64,000 nucleotides of DNA, from the NCBI GenBank assembly GCA_002344825.1, contig DDUN01000038.1, positions 21,061 to 85,060 on the forward strand, in the 5' to 3' direction. The notes beneath the pieces are model-generated. The model saw only the letters and a list, made by a program, of their open reading frames with translations. It had not been told where the DNA came from and searched no databases. Source of the stretch: Candidatus Multiplicimicrobium inquinatum. Lineage in GTDB: Bacteria > Omnitrophota > Omnitrophia > Omnitrophales > Aquincolibacteriaceae. The first letter of the stretch is position 1. Each line of letters begins with the position of its first letter. Shown here piece after piece: positions 26,740-36,201 of this stretch. Both the position numbers and the translations under genes were made by a program.

Positions 26740-28245
26740 ATGCCCATTTCCCTATACGATAGCCGGATGAAATTTTCCAAGCAAGATACGCTTCAGCTTA
26801 AAAAACAGGGGATCTCCGTTTCTCTGGCTGCCGATCAGCTCGAGCGGCTCAAAAAAGGCTTCCCGTTTGTGCGGCTGATGAAGCCCTGCACGGCGGGTGA
26901 CGGAATTTTCCGGCTGAATACGCGCGAACAAAGAAGCGCCGAAAAGAAATTTCAGGCCGAAGTTTCCCGCAAAACCATTCTCAAATTTGTACCCGCGTCC
27001 GGAGCGGCCAGCCGCATGTTTCAGTTTTTAGAAGATGCGGATGCTAAGCATGACGCCGCGAAACAGAAATTTTTGGAAGCATTGCCGCGATTTGCTTTCT
27101 ATGCGGAGTTAGCTGCCGCTTTGAAAAAAAAGGGGCATGACATTACGGCGCTCGCCCGCAAAAAAGATCTGAAAACAATTATCAGCGCACTTTTGGAAAA
27201 AGACGACCTTGGTTACCGCGACGCGCCAAAAGGCATGATTCTTTTTCACGGCCGAGGAAAAAACGCCCGCACCGCATTTCAGGAACAACTGGATGAAGCG
27301 CGGATTTTCGCGGATAAGAAAAAAATTTCTCATTTGCATTTCACGTTGCCGCCCGCGGCACGTAAAGCTGTACGACTGCATTTAAAGCAATCCGCTCGTG
27401 GGGCAAAATTTGTTATCGGGGATTCAATTCAAAGCCCCGCATCCGAATGTCTCGCGATGGAGAAAAACGGTAAGCCGGCGCGTAATGACAAGGACAGTTT
27501 GTTGCTGCGCCCGTCCGGGCACGGGGCCTTGCTTGAAAACATCAACCGGCTTAAAGCCGACTTGATCTATGTCAAAAACATCGACAACATTTTGCCGGCC
27601 GGAAAGCGTAAAGAAGCCGACCGGTGGAAAAAAATTCTGACCGGTTTTTTCCTTTTCAAACAGGAAGAAGTTTTCCGCGCGCAGGAAATTCTCGCGCAAA
27701 AGAAAATGCAGCCGCGCGACTTGCTCTTCACGCTGGTGCTCGCGCAGGAGCTGGGCTGGGATGCCGCACATCCCGGTGCGGAGGGCTCCAGAAAATCGCT
27801 GGAACATTTTTTTAATCGTCCTTTTCGCGTCTGCGCCATGGTGCCGAATGTCGGCGAACCCGGCGGCGGCCCTTTTTGGATCAAAGATAGCCATGGGAAA
27901 GTTTCGGCACAGGTGATCGAATCAGCCGAGGTGAATCTAAAAGACAAAGCGCAGGAAAAAATTTGGCGGGCTTCGACTCATTTCAACCCCGTTGATTTTG
28001 TGTGCGGAGTTTATGATTGCCGCGGAAAGAAATATAATCTTCCGGAATTTTGCGATCCCGAGCGTGGATTGATTGCCGAAAAAAGCTATCAGGGCCGGTC
28101 TATTCGCGTGATGGAACTTCCGGGGCTTTGGAACGGCAGCATGGCCGACTGGCTTACGATTTTTGTCGAGGTGCCGGGCGTTACTTTTGCTCCGGTTAAA
28201 ACAGTTTTAGATTTACTCAGAAAAGAACATCAGGTTAAAAAGTAA
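26740..28245 (+). CDS. UDP-sugar pyrophosphorylase-like nucleotidyltransferase (UDPGP family: UGPase/UAP1-like).
   Basis: 501 aa. The P-loop-like stretch KFVPASGAASRMFQ resembles the UAP1/UGP L(x)2GxGTxM loop. The stretch LLLRPSGHGALLENINRLKADLIYVKNIDNIL resembles the P(D/S)G(H/N)G…DN(L/I) region. It abuts pgm, consistent with a Glc-6-P to Glc-1-P to UDP-Glc route. The assignment rests on motifs only. Confidence 0.45.
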   Translation: MPISLYDSRMKFSKQDTLQLKKQGISVSLAADQLERLKKGFPFVRLMKPCTAGDGIFRLNTREQRSAEKKFQAEVSRKTILKFVPASGAASRMFQFLEDADAKHDAAKQKFLEALPRFAFYAELAAALKKKGHDITALARKKDLKTIISALLEKDDLGYRDAPKGMILFHGRGKNARTAFQEQLDEARIFADKKKISHLHFTLPPAARKAVRLHLKQSARGAKFVIGDSIQSPASECLAMEKNGKPARNDKDSLLLRPSGHGALLENINRLKADLIYVKNIDNILPAGKRKEADRWKKILTGFFLFKQEEVFRAQEILAQKKMQPRDLLFTLVLAQELGWDAAHPGAEGSRKSLEHFFNRPFRVCAMVPNVGEPGGGPFWIKDSHGKVSAQVIESAEVNLKDKAQEKIWRASTHFNPVDFVCGVYDCRGKKYNLPEFCDPERGLIAEKSYQGRSIRVMELPGLWNGSMADWLTIFVEVPGVTFAPVKTVLDLLRKEHQVKK

Positions 28246-29892
28246 ATGGAAACCCAGATTCAAAAAGTAAAGACACAGCCTTTTCAGGACCAAAAGCCCG
28301 GAACCTCCGGCTTGCGTAAAAAAGTATCTGTATTCAGCCAACCGCGGTATGTCGAAAACTTTACGCAGGCAATTTTTAACGCACTGCGGGCGGGCGGGGA
28401 AACCATTGAAGGCAAAACACTTGTTGTGGGCGGAGACGGCCGTTATTACAACCGCGAGGCCATTCAGAAAATTATCCGCATAGCATCCGGCAATGGTTTT
28501 GGAACCATTCTTGTTGCGCAGAACGGAATTTTATCGACCCCGGCGGCTTCCTGCGTTATCCGCCGCCAACAAGCTTTTGGCGGAATTATTCTTTCCGCAA
28601 GCCATAATCCCGGCGGGCCCGAGGGCGATTTCGGCATGAAATATAATATTTCAACCGGCAGTTCCGCGCCTGAAAAAATCACTGAAAAAATCTATGCTGA
28701 GTCTTTGAAATTAACGGAATATCTCGAAGCACCGGTGCCTTCGGTGGATTTAACCAAGCCTGGCATGACGCGCTGGGGCAAAACCACGATCGCGGTTTTT
28801 GACGGATTAAATGATTACATCGAGTTAATGCAAAGCTTGTTTGATTTTGAAAGTATCCGTGCGCTTTTAAAATCGGGTTTTAAAATCAAATTTGACGCGA
28901 TGCACGCGGTAACCGGGCCTTACGCGAGAAAAATTTTTATCGATTTACTGGGTGCCGCGCCGGCGGATATTTTGAATGCTGCGCCCAAAGAGGATTTTGG
29001 CGGTGGGCATCCCGATCCGAATCTGGTTTATGCCGAAGAGCTTGTTCAAATTCAGTTTGGAAAAAACGCGGCTGATTTCGGCGCGGCATCCGACGGTGAC
29101 GGTGACCGGAATATGATTCTCGGAAAAAACTTTTTTGTTTCTCCCGGAGATTCCCTGGCGATGATTGCCGAACATTTATCCGCCTGCGCGCCGGGATATA
29201 AACAGGGGCTGAAGGGCGTGGCGCGCTCCATGCCCACTAGCGCAGCGGTGGACCGGGTTGCGAAAGCGCTAAATATTCCCTGCCACGAAACACCGACGGG
29301 CTGGAAGTTTTTTGGCAATTTGATGGATGCCGGGCTTTGTACAATTTGCGGCGAAGAAAGCTTTGGAACCGGCTCCGATCATGTCCGCGAAAAAGACGGA
29401 CTGTGGGCGGTTTTGGCATGGCTTTCCATTTTGGCAAAAACGCGCAAACCTGTTGAGCAAATTGCAAAGGAGCATTGGAAAAAATTTGGACGATCTTATT
29501 TTGCGCGTCACGACTATGAAGCGCTTGAAGCAGGCCCCGCGGCTGAAATGATGCGCGAAGCGGTGTTTATTTTTCCGCGTCTTGTCGAGCAGCAAATCGG
29601 CGACGGTAATGTGGTTTCAACCGATGATTTTTGTTACGAAGACCCGACCGATAAAAGCTATTCGAAAAACCAGGGACTTCGGATTTTTTTGGATAACGGC
29701 GCGCGGATTGTGATGCGCCTTTCCGGAACCGGGACACGGGGCGCCACCTTGCGGCTTTATTTTGAACGTTACTCAGCCGAAGAACTTGACCGCGATCCGG
29801 AGGAGTATTTAAAGCCGCTTTATGAATGGACGCGGCAATTTCTAAAACTCAATGAACGCTTCGGCCGCGATGAGCCGGACGTAATAACTTAA
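28246..29892 (+). CDS. pgm: Phosphoglucomutase, alpha-D-glucose-phosphate specific (PGM1-type).
   Basis: 548 aa. The active-site Ser loop is SASHNPGGPEGDFGMKYN. The N-terminus is …QKPGTSGLRKKVSVF…. The metal-binding region is DGDGDRNMILG. The sugar-binding region is GEESFGTGSDHVREKDG. Confidence 0.93.
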   Translation: METQIQKVKTQPFQDQKPGTSGLRKKVSVFSQPRYVENFTQAIFNALRAGGETIEGKTLVVGGDGRYYNREAIQKIIRIASGNGFGTILVAQNGILSTPAASCVIRRQQAFGGIILSASHNPGGPEGDFGMKYNISTGSSAPEKITEKIYAESLKLTEYLEAPVPSVDLTKPGMTRWGKTTIAVFDGLNDYIELMQSLFDFESIRALLKSGFKIKFDAMHAVTGPYARKIFIDLLGAAPADILNAAPKEDFGGGHPDPNLVYAEELVQIQFGKNAADFGAASDGDGDRNMILGKNFFVSPGDSLAMIAEHLSACAPGYKQGLKGVARSMPTSAAVDRVAKALNIPCHETPTGWKFFGNLMDAGLCTICGEESFGTGSDHVREKDGLWAVLAWLSILAKTRKPVEQIAKEHWKKFGRSYFARHDYEALEAGPAAEMMREAVFIFPRLVEQQIGDGNVVSTDDFCYEDPTDKSYSKNQGLRIFLDNGARIVMRLSGTGTRGATLRLYFERYSAEELDRDPEEYLKPLYEWTRQFLKLNERFGRDEPDVIT

Positions 29893-30000
29893 AAGTTAAA
29901 ACTAAAGAGTCAAAACCATAGCTAAAAACTTTTAAATGCCCGAGTCGTTTTGACTTTTGGGCTATTGTTTTTAGATTTAACCTTTGACCTATAACCTTTT

Positions 30001-30918
30001 ATGCAAGCGGTTGAAATTAAAAATTTAAGTAAGTTTTACGGGAAGTTCCAGGCTTTAGATCGGCTTTCATTTGAAGTGAAAGAAGGCGATTTTTTTGGTT
30101 TTCTCGGGCCCAATGGCGCGGGGAAGACCACAGCCATTCGTGTTTTGACCGGCCTCGCGAATTATACGGAAGGCGACGTTCATGTTTTTGGCCATGATGT
30201 GATTAAAGAATACCGCAAGACGCGCAGTCTTATCGGGTTGGTTCCGCAGGAGTTTAATTTCGACCCGTTTTTTTCCGCCGAATGGATTTTGCGTCTTGAG
30301 GGCGGTTATTTTGGTATGGGGCCCAAAGAAGCCAAGCAGCGCGCGGAAGAACTGCTCAAAATGCTCAACTTGTGGGAAAAACGCGACCAAGACTATAAAA
30401 AACTTTCAGGCGGAATGAAGAGGCGGCTTTTGATCGCGCGCGCTTTAATGCACCGTCCCAAGCTTCTGATTTTAGATGAGCCCACCGCGGGCGTGGACAT
30501 TGAGCTGCGTTTTGAATTGTGGGAATTTTTGCGCAAACTGAACCGCGAAGGAACCACTTTGATTTTAACAACACATTACATTGAAGAGGCGGAACAGCTT
30601 TGCGATACCATTGGTGTGATTCATGAGGGCCGCATGCTGACCGTGGAAAAGAAAAATGATCTTGTGCGCAAGATGTATCATGGTGAAATCGAACTCGAAA
30701 CCAAGCAGGCATTGGCGGAAATTCCGCAGGAGCTTTTAAGTCTCGGTGCCGCGTATGATTTTAAAACGCGGCGGTTAAAATTAATGCAGGCGAACGGTGT
30801 TTTAAATACCGCGCTTGAAATTCTTGTCGGAGCCGGCATTGAAATTGAAAAAGTGGAAGTGCGTGAGCCTAAACTCGAAGAGGCTTTTCTTAAATTAATT
30901 CGCGAGAAAAAATCATGA
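30001..30918 (+). CDS. ABC transporter ATP-binding protein (ABC-2 type).
   Basis: Walker A is GFLGPNGAGKTT. The signature is LSGGMKRRL. Walker B is LLILDEPTAGVD. The H-loop is THY. Confidence 0.92.
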   Translation: MQAVEIKNLSKFYGKFQALDRLSFEVKEGDFFGFLGPNGAGKTTAIRVLTGLANYTEGDVHVFGHDVIKEYRKTRSLIGLVPQEFNFDPFFSAEWILRLEGGYFGMGPKEAKQRAEELLKMLNLWEKRDQDYKKLSGGMKRRLLIARALMHRPKLLILDEPTAGVDIELRFELWEFLRKLNREGTTLILTTHYIEEAEQLCDTIGVIHEGRMLTVEKKNDLVRKMYHGEIELETKQALAEIPQELLSLGAAYDFKTRRLKLMQANGVLNTALEILVGAGIEIEKVEVREPKLEEAFLKLIREKKS

Positions 30919-31021
30919 GTCCCGTTAGACTTTTAAACTTCAGCGCGCGAGACGAAAAGATTTTTCTGTTTGTTTTAACAAAGAATGATTTGAAAATATT
31001 ATTTGAAGAAAGTCTAACGGG

Positions 31022-31786
31022 ATGAATCGGTTTATCGGCTTTCAAACTTTGGTCTGGCGCGAGATCGTGCGGTTTTTTACCGTTGCGATTCAAACGCTTT
31101 TACCGCCGCTTGTTTCAAGCTTTCTTTATATTTTCATTTTTGGACTCTCGCTCGGTAAGCGCATGGGCGAGCTTCACGGAGTGCCGTACCTCGAGTTTAT
31201 GTTGCCCGGCATGATTATGATGTACGTCATTGAAAGCGCATATCAGAACACGTCCAGTTCGCTTTTTATTTCTCGCTGGGCGAATTACATCGAAGAGCTG
31301 CTTGTCACCCCGCTTTCTTACACGGAGATGGTTTTCGCGATTATTTTCGGCGGGCTTGTGCGCAGCATGCTGATTGCGGCGGGTGTTTTCGGCGTCGCGT
31401 CGGTTTTTGTTAACTTGCCCTGGGCGCACCCTTTGCTTGTTTTTTATTTTTTAATTTTGGTTTCGCTGACTTTTTCATGCCTGGGAATGATTGTCGCGCT
31501 GATCGCGGAAGAATTTGAACATTTAAGCATTGCGACCACTTTTCTTATTACGCCACTGGTGTTTTTTGGCGGAGTTTTTCACTCAATTGAAATGCTGCCT
31601 GCCAAGCTTCAGGTCGTTTCTCAGTTTAATCCCATGTTTTACATGATCAACGGTTTGCGCTACAGTTTTCTTGGTGTTTCAGACGCGCCCATCGCGGGGT
31701 GTATGCTGGTTGTCGCGGCTCTTTTTATTTTATTGTTTGCCGGAACCGTACTTATGTTTCGCTCAGGATACAAATTAAGGAAATAA
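31022..31786 (+). CDS. ABC-2 family transporter permease.
   Basis: 254 aa with 6 predicted TM helices. It lies immediately downstream of the ABC ATPase, and its N-terminus MNRFIGFQTLVWREIVRFF is typical of ABC-2 permeases. Confidence 0.8.
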   Translation: MNRFIGFQTLVWREIVRFFTVAIQTLLPPLVSSFLYIFIFGLSLGKRMGELHGVPYLEFMLPGMIMMYVIESAYQNTSSSLFISRWANYIEELLVTPLSYTEMVFAIIFGGLVRSMLIAAGVFGVASVFVNLPWAHPLLVFYFLILVSLTFSCLGMIVALIAEEFEHLSIATTFLITPLVFFGGVFHSIEMLPAKLQVVSQFNPMFYMINGLRYSFLGVSDAPIAGCMLVVAALFILLFAGTVLMFRSGYKLRK

Positions 31787-31789
31787 ACC

Positions 31790-32764
31790 ATGATTCATTC
31801 TTATTTCTTTTCTACCGAAACAGGGCTCAAGCGTGATGTTACCCGCGCCGAGATGCACGCCATTCTCAAGAAAAAACAAGGCGTGCTGTGGGTTGATATG
31901 GATGAAGCCACTGACCTTGAAGATGAGCTTTTGGTTGAGATTTTTAATTTTCATGAGCTCGCGATCGAAGACGCGCTAAATGACCACTGCGGGTCTAAAC
32001 TGGATGATTACGGCGATTATCTTTTTATGAACATGGACGCGGTGACATTAAAAATGAATGAAAGCCATCAGCGCGAGCTTGTTTCCGCCGAGCTTTCCAT
32101 GTTTTTGGGTTGTAATTATGTGGTGACGTATCACAAAAAAACAATTCTCTCCATTTTGGCGGATCGGCTGGCGGTTGAAAAGAAGCCTCAAAGCCAGCTC
32201 GGCGAAGGCGCGGGCGCGCTGCTGCACACGATCATCGATCATTTGGTCGATAGCTATACGAGTGTTATTCACCAATATGAAGAGAAGGTGGATGAAATCG
32301 AAACGGAAATTTTTTCGGACGGCTCGGATTACTTAAAGAAGCTCATGAGCGTGAAACAGGATATTTTTAAATTACGGCGCGTCTTCAGCCCTCAGCGCGA
32401 TATGCTGTATTCGCTCGCGCGTTTCCGCAAATTGGTCGGCACTGAAAACGAATTCTATTTCCGCGATGTTTACGATCATTTGGCGCACATTGTTTTAATG
32501 ACCGAAGCGATTTATGAAAATCTAACCGGTATTTTGCAGGTTTATTTTTCTTACTCTTCAACCAAGCTGAATGAAGTCATGAAGCGCTTAACGGTTATGG
32601 CAACGCTGACCATGCCCGCGCTTTTGATTTTCAGTTTGTATGGGATGAATTTTGAATGGATGCCGTTTTTAAAAAGCCCCGCCGGATTTTGGATCTCACA
32701 AGCGGTTACTTTTTTTATGGCGGTGGGAATGCTGGCGTTTATGAAATACAAAAAATGGATCTAA
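31790..32764 (+). CDS. corA: CorA-family divalent cation (Mg2+/Co2+) transporter.
   Basis: 324 aa. The cytoplasmic N-domain is followed by two C-terminal TM helices with the signature YGMNFEWMP (GMN motif). Confidence 0.85.
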   Translation: MIHSYFFSTETGLKRDVTRAEMHAILKKKQGVLWVDMDEATDLEDELLVEIFNFHELAIEDALNDHCGSKLDDYGDYLFMNMDAVTLKMNESHQRELVSAELSMFLGCNYVVTYHKKTILSILADRLAVEKKPQSQLGEGAGALLHTIIDHLVDSYTSVIHQYEEKVDEIETEIFSDGSDYLKKLMSVKQDIFKLRRVFSPQRDMLYSLARFRKLVGTENEFYFRDVYDHLAHIVLMTEAIYENLTGILQVYFSYSSTKLNEVMKRLTVMATLTMPALLIFSLYGMNFEWMPFLKSPAGFWISQAVTFFMAVGMLAFMKYKKWI

Positions 32765-32804
32765 AAACCGCACCAAAAAGCTTATCTGCGGCGTTGCGCG
32801 CTGC

Positions 32805-32885
32805 GCTTCCTTGTGCGGCGTATTTTTCTCATACGCCTCCGCGGGCGCTTGCGCGCGCCTTGCATCTAAACCTTTTGATGCGGCT
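32805..32885. repeat. Repeat family X fragment (5' module only) in the corA-rlmN intergenic region.
   Basis: CCTTGTGCGGCGTA…TACGCCTCCGCGG…GCATCT…AACCTTTTGATG matches 22225-22300 of X copy 2. It includes the conserved GGCGTA/TACGCC hairpin. Confidence 0.55.
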
Positions 32886-32892
32886 TTAAAAT

Positions 32893-33951
32893 ATGGAAAC
32901 GAATTTAAAGCCTACTTTATACGGGATGAGCGTGCAGGAGCTGCAGGAAGCAGTGAAAGCCATCGGTTTGCCCGCCTTCCGCGGGGTTCAGCTGGGTGAC
33001 TGGATTTATAAGAAAAATGTTTTAGAGTGGAGCGAGATCAAAAATTTTTCTAAGGTCGATCTTGAGAAGCTGGCCGCGCATTATGACTTGCGCTCACTCG
33101 ACGGCTCCGAAGCATCTTTTTCCAAAGGCCTTGAATCCACCAAAGGGCTTTTTAAGGCCCGCGACGGGCACTTTTTAGAAAGCGTTTTGATTTCGCAAAG
33201 GGATCGCCAAACCGTTTGTCTTTCCACGCAAATGGGCTGCAAAATGGCCTGTTCTTTCTGTGCGAGCGGCAAAGCCAAGTTTTTGCGCAATTTGACCGCG
33301 GGAGAAATTGTTGAGCAGGTTGCGTGGATTCAGCGTAAGACAGAAAAGCGTGTTTCCAATATTGTTTTTATGGGAATGGGCGAGCCACTTGATAATTTTG
33401 ATGCAACCATGAAGGCTATCGAAATTCTCATCGCGGAGTGGGGCTTTCAGCTCGGCGGAAGACGCGTCACCGTGTCAACTTCCGGTATTACTCCCAAAAT
33501 TATTGAATTTGTGGAACGTGTTGACGGGCGCGTGCGGCTTTCGGTTTCACTCCATTCATCCAAGCCCGAGGTGCGCGATGAGCTGATGCCGATTAACCGA
33601 AAATATAATATCGATAACCTGATACAAACGCTTACGGAGATTCACGGCAAACTCAAGCGAGAGGTCACATTTGAATATACGTTGATTGAGAATATTAATG
33701 ACACCGAAGAAGAAGCGCGGGGCGTCGCAAAAATTTCTGTACCTTTGAATGCGAAGGTGAATTTAATTCCTTACAATCCCATTCGTGAAATGGCCGCGGT
33801 TTACAAGACACCGTCCAAGGAACGCATTGAAAGATTCACTAAAATTTTGATGGATGCCGGCATTCACGTGACTCTGCGCAAAACCGCCGGACGTGAAATT
33901 GATGCTGCCTGCGGACAGCTCAGGCTCGACCGCGAGCAGGTTAAAGGTTAA
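32893..33951 (+). CDS. rlmN: Dual-specificity 23S rRNA/tRNA adenine C2 methyltransferase, radical SAM.
   Basis: 352 aa. The radical-SAM cluster motif is CKMACSFCASG. The GMGEPL motif is present. The conserved C-terminal Cys is in IDAACGQL. Confidence 0.93.
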   Translation: METNLKPTLYGMSVQELQEAVKAIGLPAFRGVQLGDWIYKKNVLEWSEIKNFSKVDLEKLAAHYDLRSLDGSEASFSKGLESTKGLFKARDGHFLESVLISQRDRQTVCLSTQMGCKMACSFCASGKAKFLRNLTAGEIVEQVAWIQRKTEKRVSNIVFMGMGEPLDNFDATMKAIEILIAEWGFQLGGRRVTVSTSGITPKIIEFVERVDGRVRLSVSLHSSKPEVRDELMPINRKYNIDNLIQTLTEIHGKLKREVTFEYTLIENINDTEEEARGVAKISVPLNAKVNLIPYNPIREMAAVYKTPSKERIERFTKILMDAGIHVTLRKTAGREIDAACGQLRLDREQVKG

Positions 33952-33953
33952 AG

Positions 33954-34397
33954 CTAAAAGGTTGAAACCATAGGCTTGGAGCCACTAGGTTCTTTTTTTC
34001 CGCGCAGTGTAAGAATGCTGGCTCCAAGCATTCTGCATAAGCTGCTATTTTCTTGTAGCAAGCTTTCCATGCAGGCCGGATCTACTTTCTTAGAATCTCT
34101 CAATAAGCATAGCCAGTATTCGCTTTCGTTGGCAGATTTTAATGCATACGAAAAAAAATTAGCAAAATCTCGTTTTGAGCTACTTCCTTTTGCCTCAATA
34201 ATATTTGCACCAATTGAAGTTGCTGACCGCAATAATTGCTTTGCAATGATCTGAGCGGCAAAATCTTTTTGTAAAATTTCTAAAAAGCGAATGATTCTAA
34301 TCGAAAAAGTATAGCTTTTTTCCTGTAATAAGGTTTTGGCTTTTGGGCCATGGCTTTGACCTTTAGCCTTTAAGTTTTGGGCTGATTGTGCTTCCAT
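33954..34397 (-). CDS. Four-helix-bundle protein (TIGR02436 / 23S rRNA intervening-sequence protein family).
   Basis: The core …IRFLEILQKDFAAQIIAKQLLRSATSIGANIIEAKGSSSKRDFANFFSYALKSANESEYWLCLL… is the hallmark of this family. The annotated ATG overlaps the upstream gene by 28 nt, so the true start may be internal. Confidence 0.75.
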   Translation of the reverse strand: MEAQSAQNLKAKGQSHGPKAKTLLQEKSYTFSIRIIRFLEILQKDFAAQIIAKQLLRSATSIGANIIEAKGSSSKRDFANFFSYALKSANESEYWLCLLRDSKKVDPACMESLLQENSSLCRMLGASILTLRGKKEPSGSKPMVSTF

Positions 34398-36034
34398 ATT
34401 TCCTCCAATTCAGGGTTTGCGTTGTAAATTCTTTCTAACTGTTTCGAAAGATATCCATCCGTTAACGCATCAATGAGCGCGGTCAATTCATCCAGCCTAA
34501 GCAAGCGGTCCCAATGAGATTTTTCATCCTCCGCGGGCGCATAAACGATCTCAGCTTGCAGGCGGCGGCGTTCATAAAAAAGACGCGTGGCTTCTGAAAG
34601 CAAATCGTTTCTTTGGTCTACCATCAGTTTTGAGCGCGAATCAATTGACGTTTGGCTGGAGCTGAAAATAAAATTCCCCAAATCCCATGAGAATCCGATA
34701 TCGGCTCCTCGGTCTCTGTCCCACGGACCGTCAATGAAGCGGTCGGGGTCGTTCGTGCCGGCGCGATCCAGGTCAATGTTGTTGGATGTTCCCCAGTCTT
34801 TTCCCGCGGAAACATTGGGCAGTAAGGCCGCAACGCGCGATTGCGCCTGCCAGCGTTTGATTTTTCCGTTGCCGGTATCGGAGTAACGAATGACTCTTTT
34901 GTGAATGTCACGTGCGGAGGGCTCGAGCCGGATGAGCTTATTGAAAACAAGTGCATTCTCAGCGCGGATTGGTTCGGAAGAAGATTTTGCAACCCACTTC
35001 CAAAGACCTTCTGCTGTAACCGCGAGCAAGGCGTCCGAAGCTTTCAAATGGAGCGTTGAAAAAACATGTGTTTTTGCAAGTCCGTCATTTTGAATTTGCC
35101 ACTTGCCGTCGGAGTTGTTGAAAATAAAGAATCCATCTTCGCCAAGGCCGATCAATTGTTTCGTCTTAAAATTCCACGCAAGGCGCTTCGGAAGAGCGTT
35201 GCGCAGTCCCGAGCCGGAGAGCGGCTGCCAATCTAAACCGTTGCGGCTTTGATAAACGCCTTTGGATGTGGCTAGATAGAAGCTTTCCTCTGTTTCGATA
35301 AAATCAAAGAAAGTTTGTTGCGAAGCCAGTGCCCCCTCATCTTCAAACTCTTTAGGGAGATCATCCGTCTCGCTTCCGGTTTGATCAAAGTCAAAAACTT
35401 TTAACACGGTTTGCACGGAGTCATCCCCCGCAAGACGCCAGTCTCCGTTAGCCGAAAAGAAAAGACCGATGGAGCTTTCGGCAATTAAAAAAACAGGCAA
35501 AGAATCCGCAAGCTCGGAATGCTTGCGCCAAGCCGAAGTATCTTTTTGTGTCGACCATAGCCCGCGCGCGGTTCCAATCCACCAAGTGTCTTTTCCCGCA
35601 AAAAAAGTAAGCGGAGCTTTTTCTTCATCGCGGCTTTCATAAATGCGTTTGGCATTGCGCGTTTGAGCAGTCCATTCAAAGACCGATTGTTTTGTTTGAA
35701 TCCAAAGACTTTGATGCGATTCGGAAGAAGCGGAGATCCGCGCAATTTTATCCTGCGAATGAGACAGTGAAAAGACAGTTTGCCAGTGGCCGCTTTCATT
35801 TTTAAAAACAGCATGAGGAGTTGCCGCGTAATAGTCAGGGTCTGAATTAGGCACGGACGCTAAATCAATTGCCGCTTCTGTGGAAGGCAATCCGGAAACT
35901 TTTTCCCAGGCCGGAAATCCGGACCCGGGCAAGGTAAGCAATAGCACCAATGCGATCCATTTCCACTTTTGGGAACCGGGAAGGGGTTTGACTCTGGTGC
36001 TTGGAGCGTCATAATAAAAGTGATTCATATGCAA
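34370..36034 (-). CDS. Secreted hypothetical protein (554 aa), possibly with a beta-propeller or BNR-like repeat fold.
   Basis: An N-terminal signal/TM segment is present (WKWIALVLLLTLPGSGFPA). W/G/D-rich repeats follow (…KDTWWIGTARGLWST…, …SKGVYQSRNGLDWQPL…, …GLWKWVA…). The C-terminal ~150 aa are charged. No catalytic motif was recognised. Confidence 0.5.
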   Translation of the reverse strand: MHMNHFYYDAPSTRVKPLPGSQKWKWIALVLLLTLPGSGFPAWEKVSGLPSTEAAIDLASVPNSDPDYYAATPHAVFKNESGHWQTVFSLSHSQDKIARISASSESHQSLWIQTKQSVFEWTAQTRNAKRIYESRDEEKAPLTFFAGKDTWWIGTARGLWSTQKDTSAWRKHSELADSLPVFLIAESSIGLFFSANGDWRLAGDDSVQTVLKVFDFDQTGSETDDLPKEFEDEGALASQQTFFDFIETEESFYLATSKGVYQSRNGLDWQPLSGSGLRNALPKRLAWNFKTKQLIGLGEDGFFIFNNSDGKWQIQNDGLAKTHVFSTLHLKASDALLAVTAEGLWKWVAKSSSEPIRAENALVFNKLIRLEPSARDIHKRVIRYSDTGNGKIKRWQAQSRVAALLPNVSAGKDWGTSNNIDLDRAGTNDPDRFIDGPWDRDRGADIGFSWDLGNFIFSSSQTSIDSRSKLMVDQRNDLLSEATRLFYERRRLQAEIVYAPAEDEKSHWDRLLRLDELTALIDALTDGYLSKQLERIYNANPELEEIWKHNQPKT

Positions 36035-36201
36035 GAAATGTATGCTAATTATAAATATATGTCAACTAAAAAATGATTAATTATTATATTTAAGGATTTT
36101 CATCTGGGCCGGGTTGAAATAGAGGGGTTTAACAGGCACATTTCTAAGAACATTTAATAAGTTCAACTTCGGGCATAAAGCAATCTTAAAAGTAAGGATA
36201 G

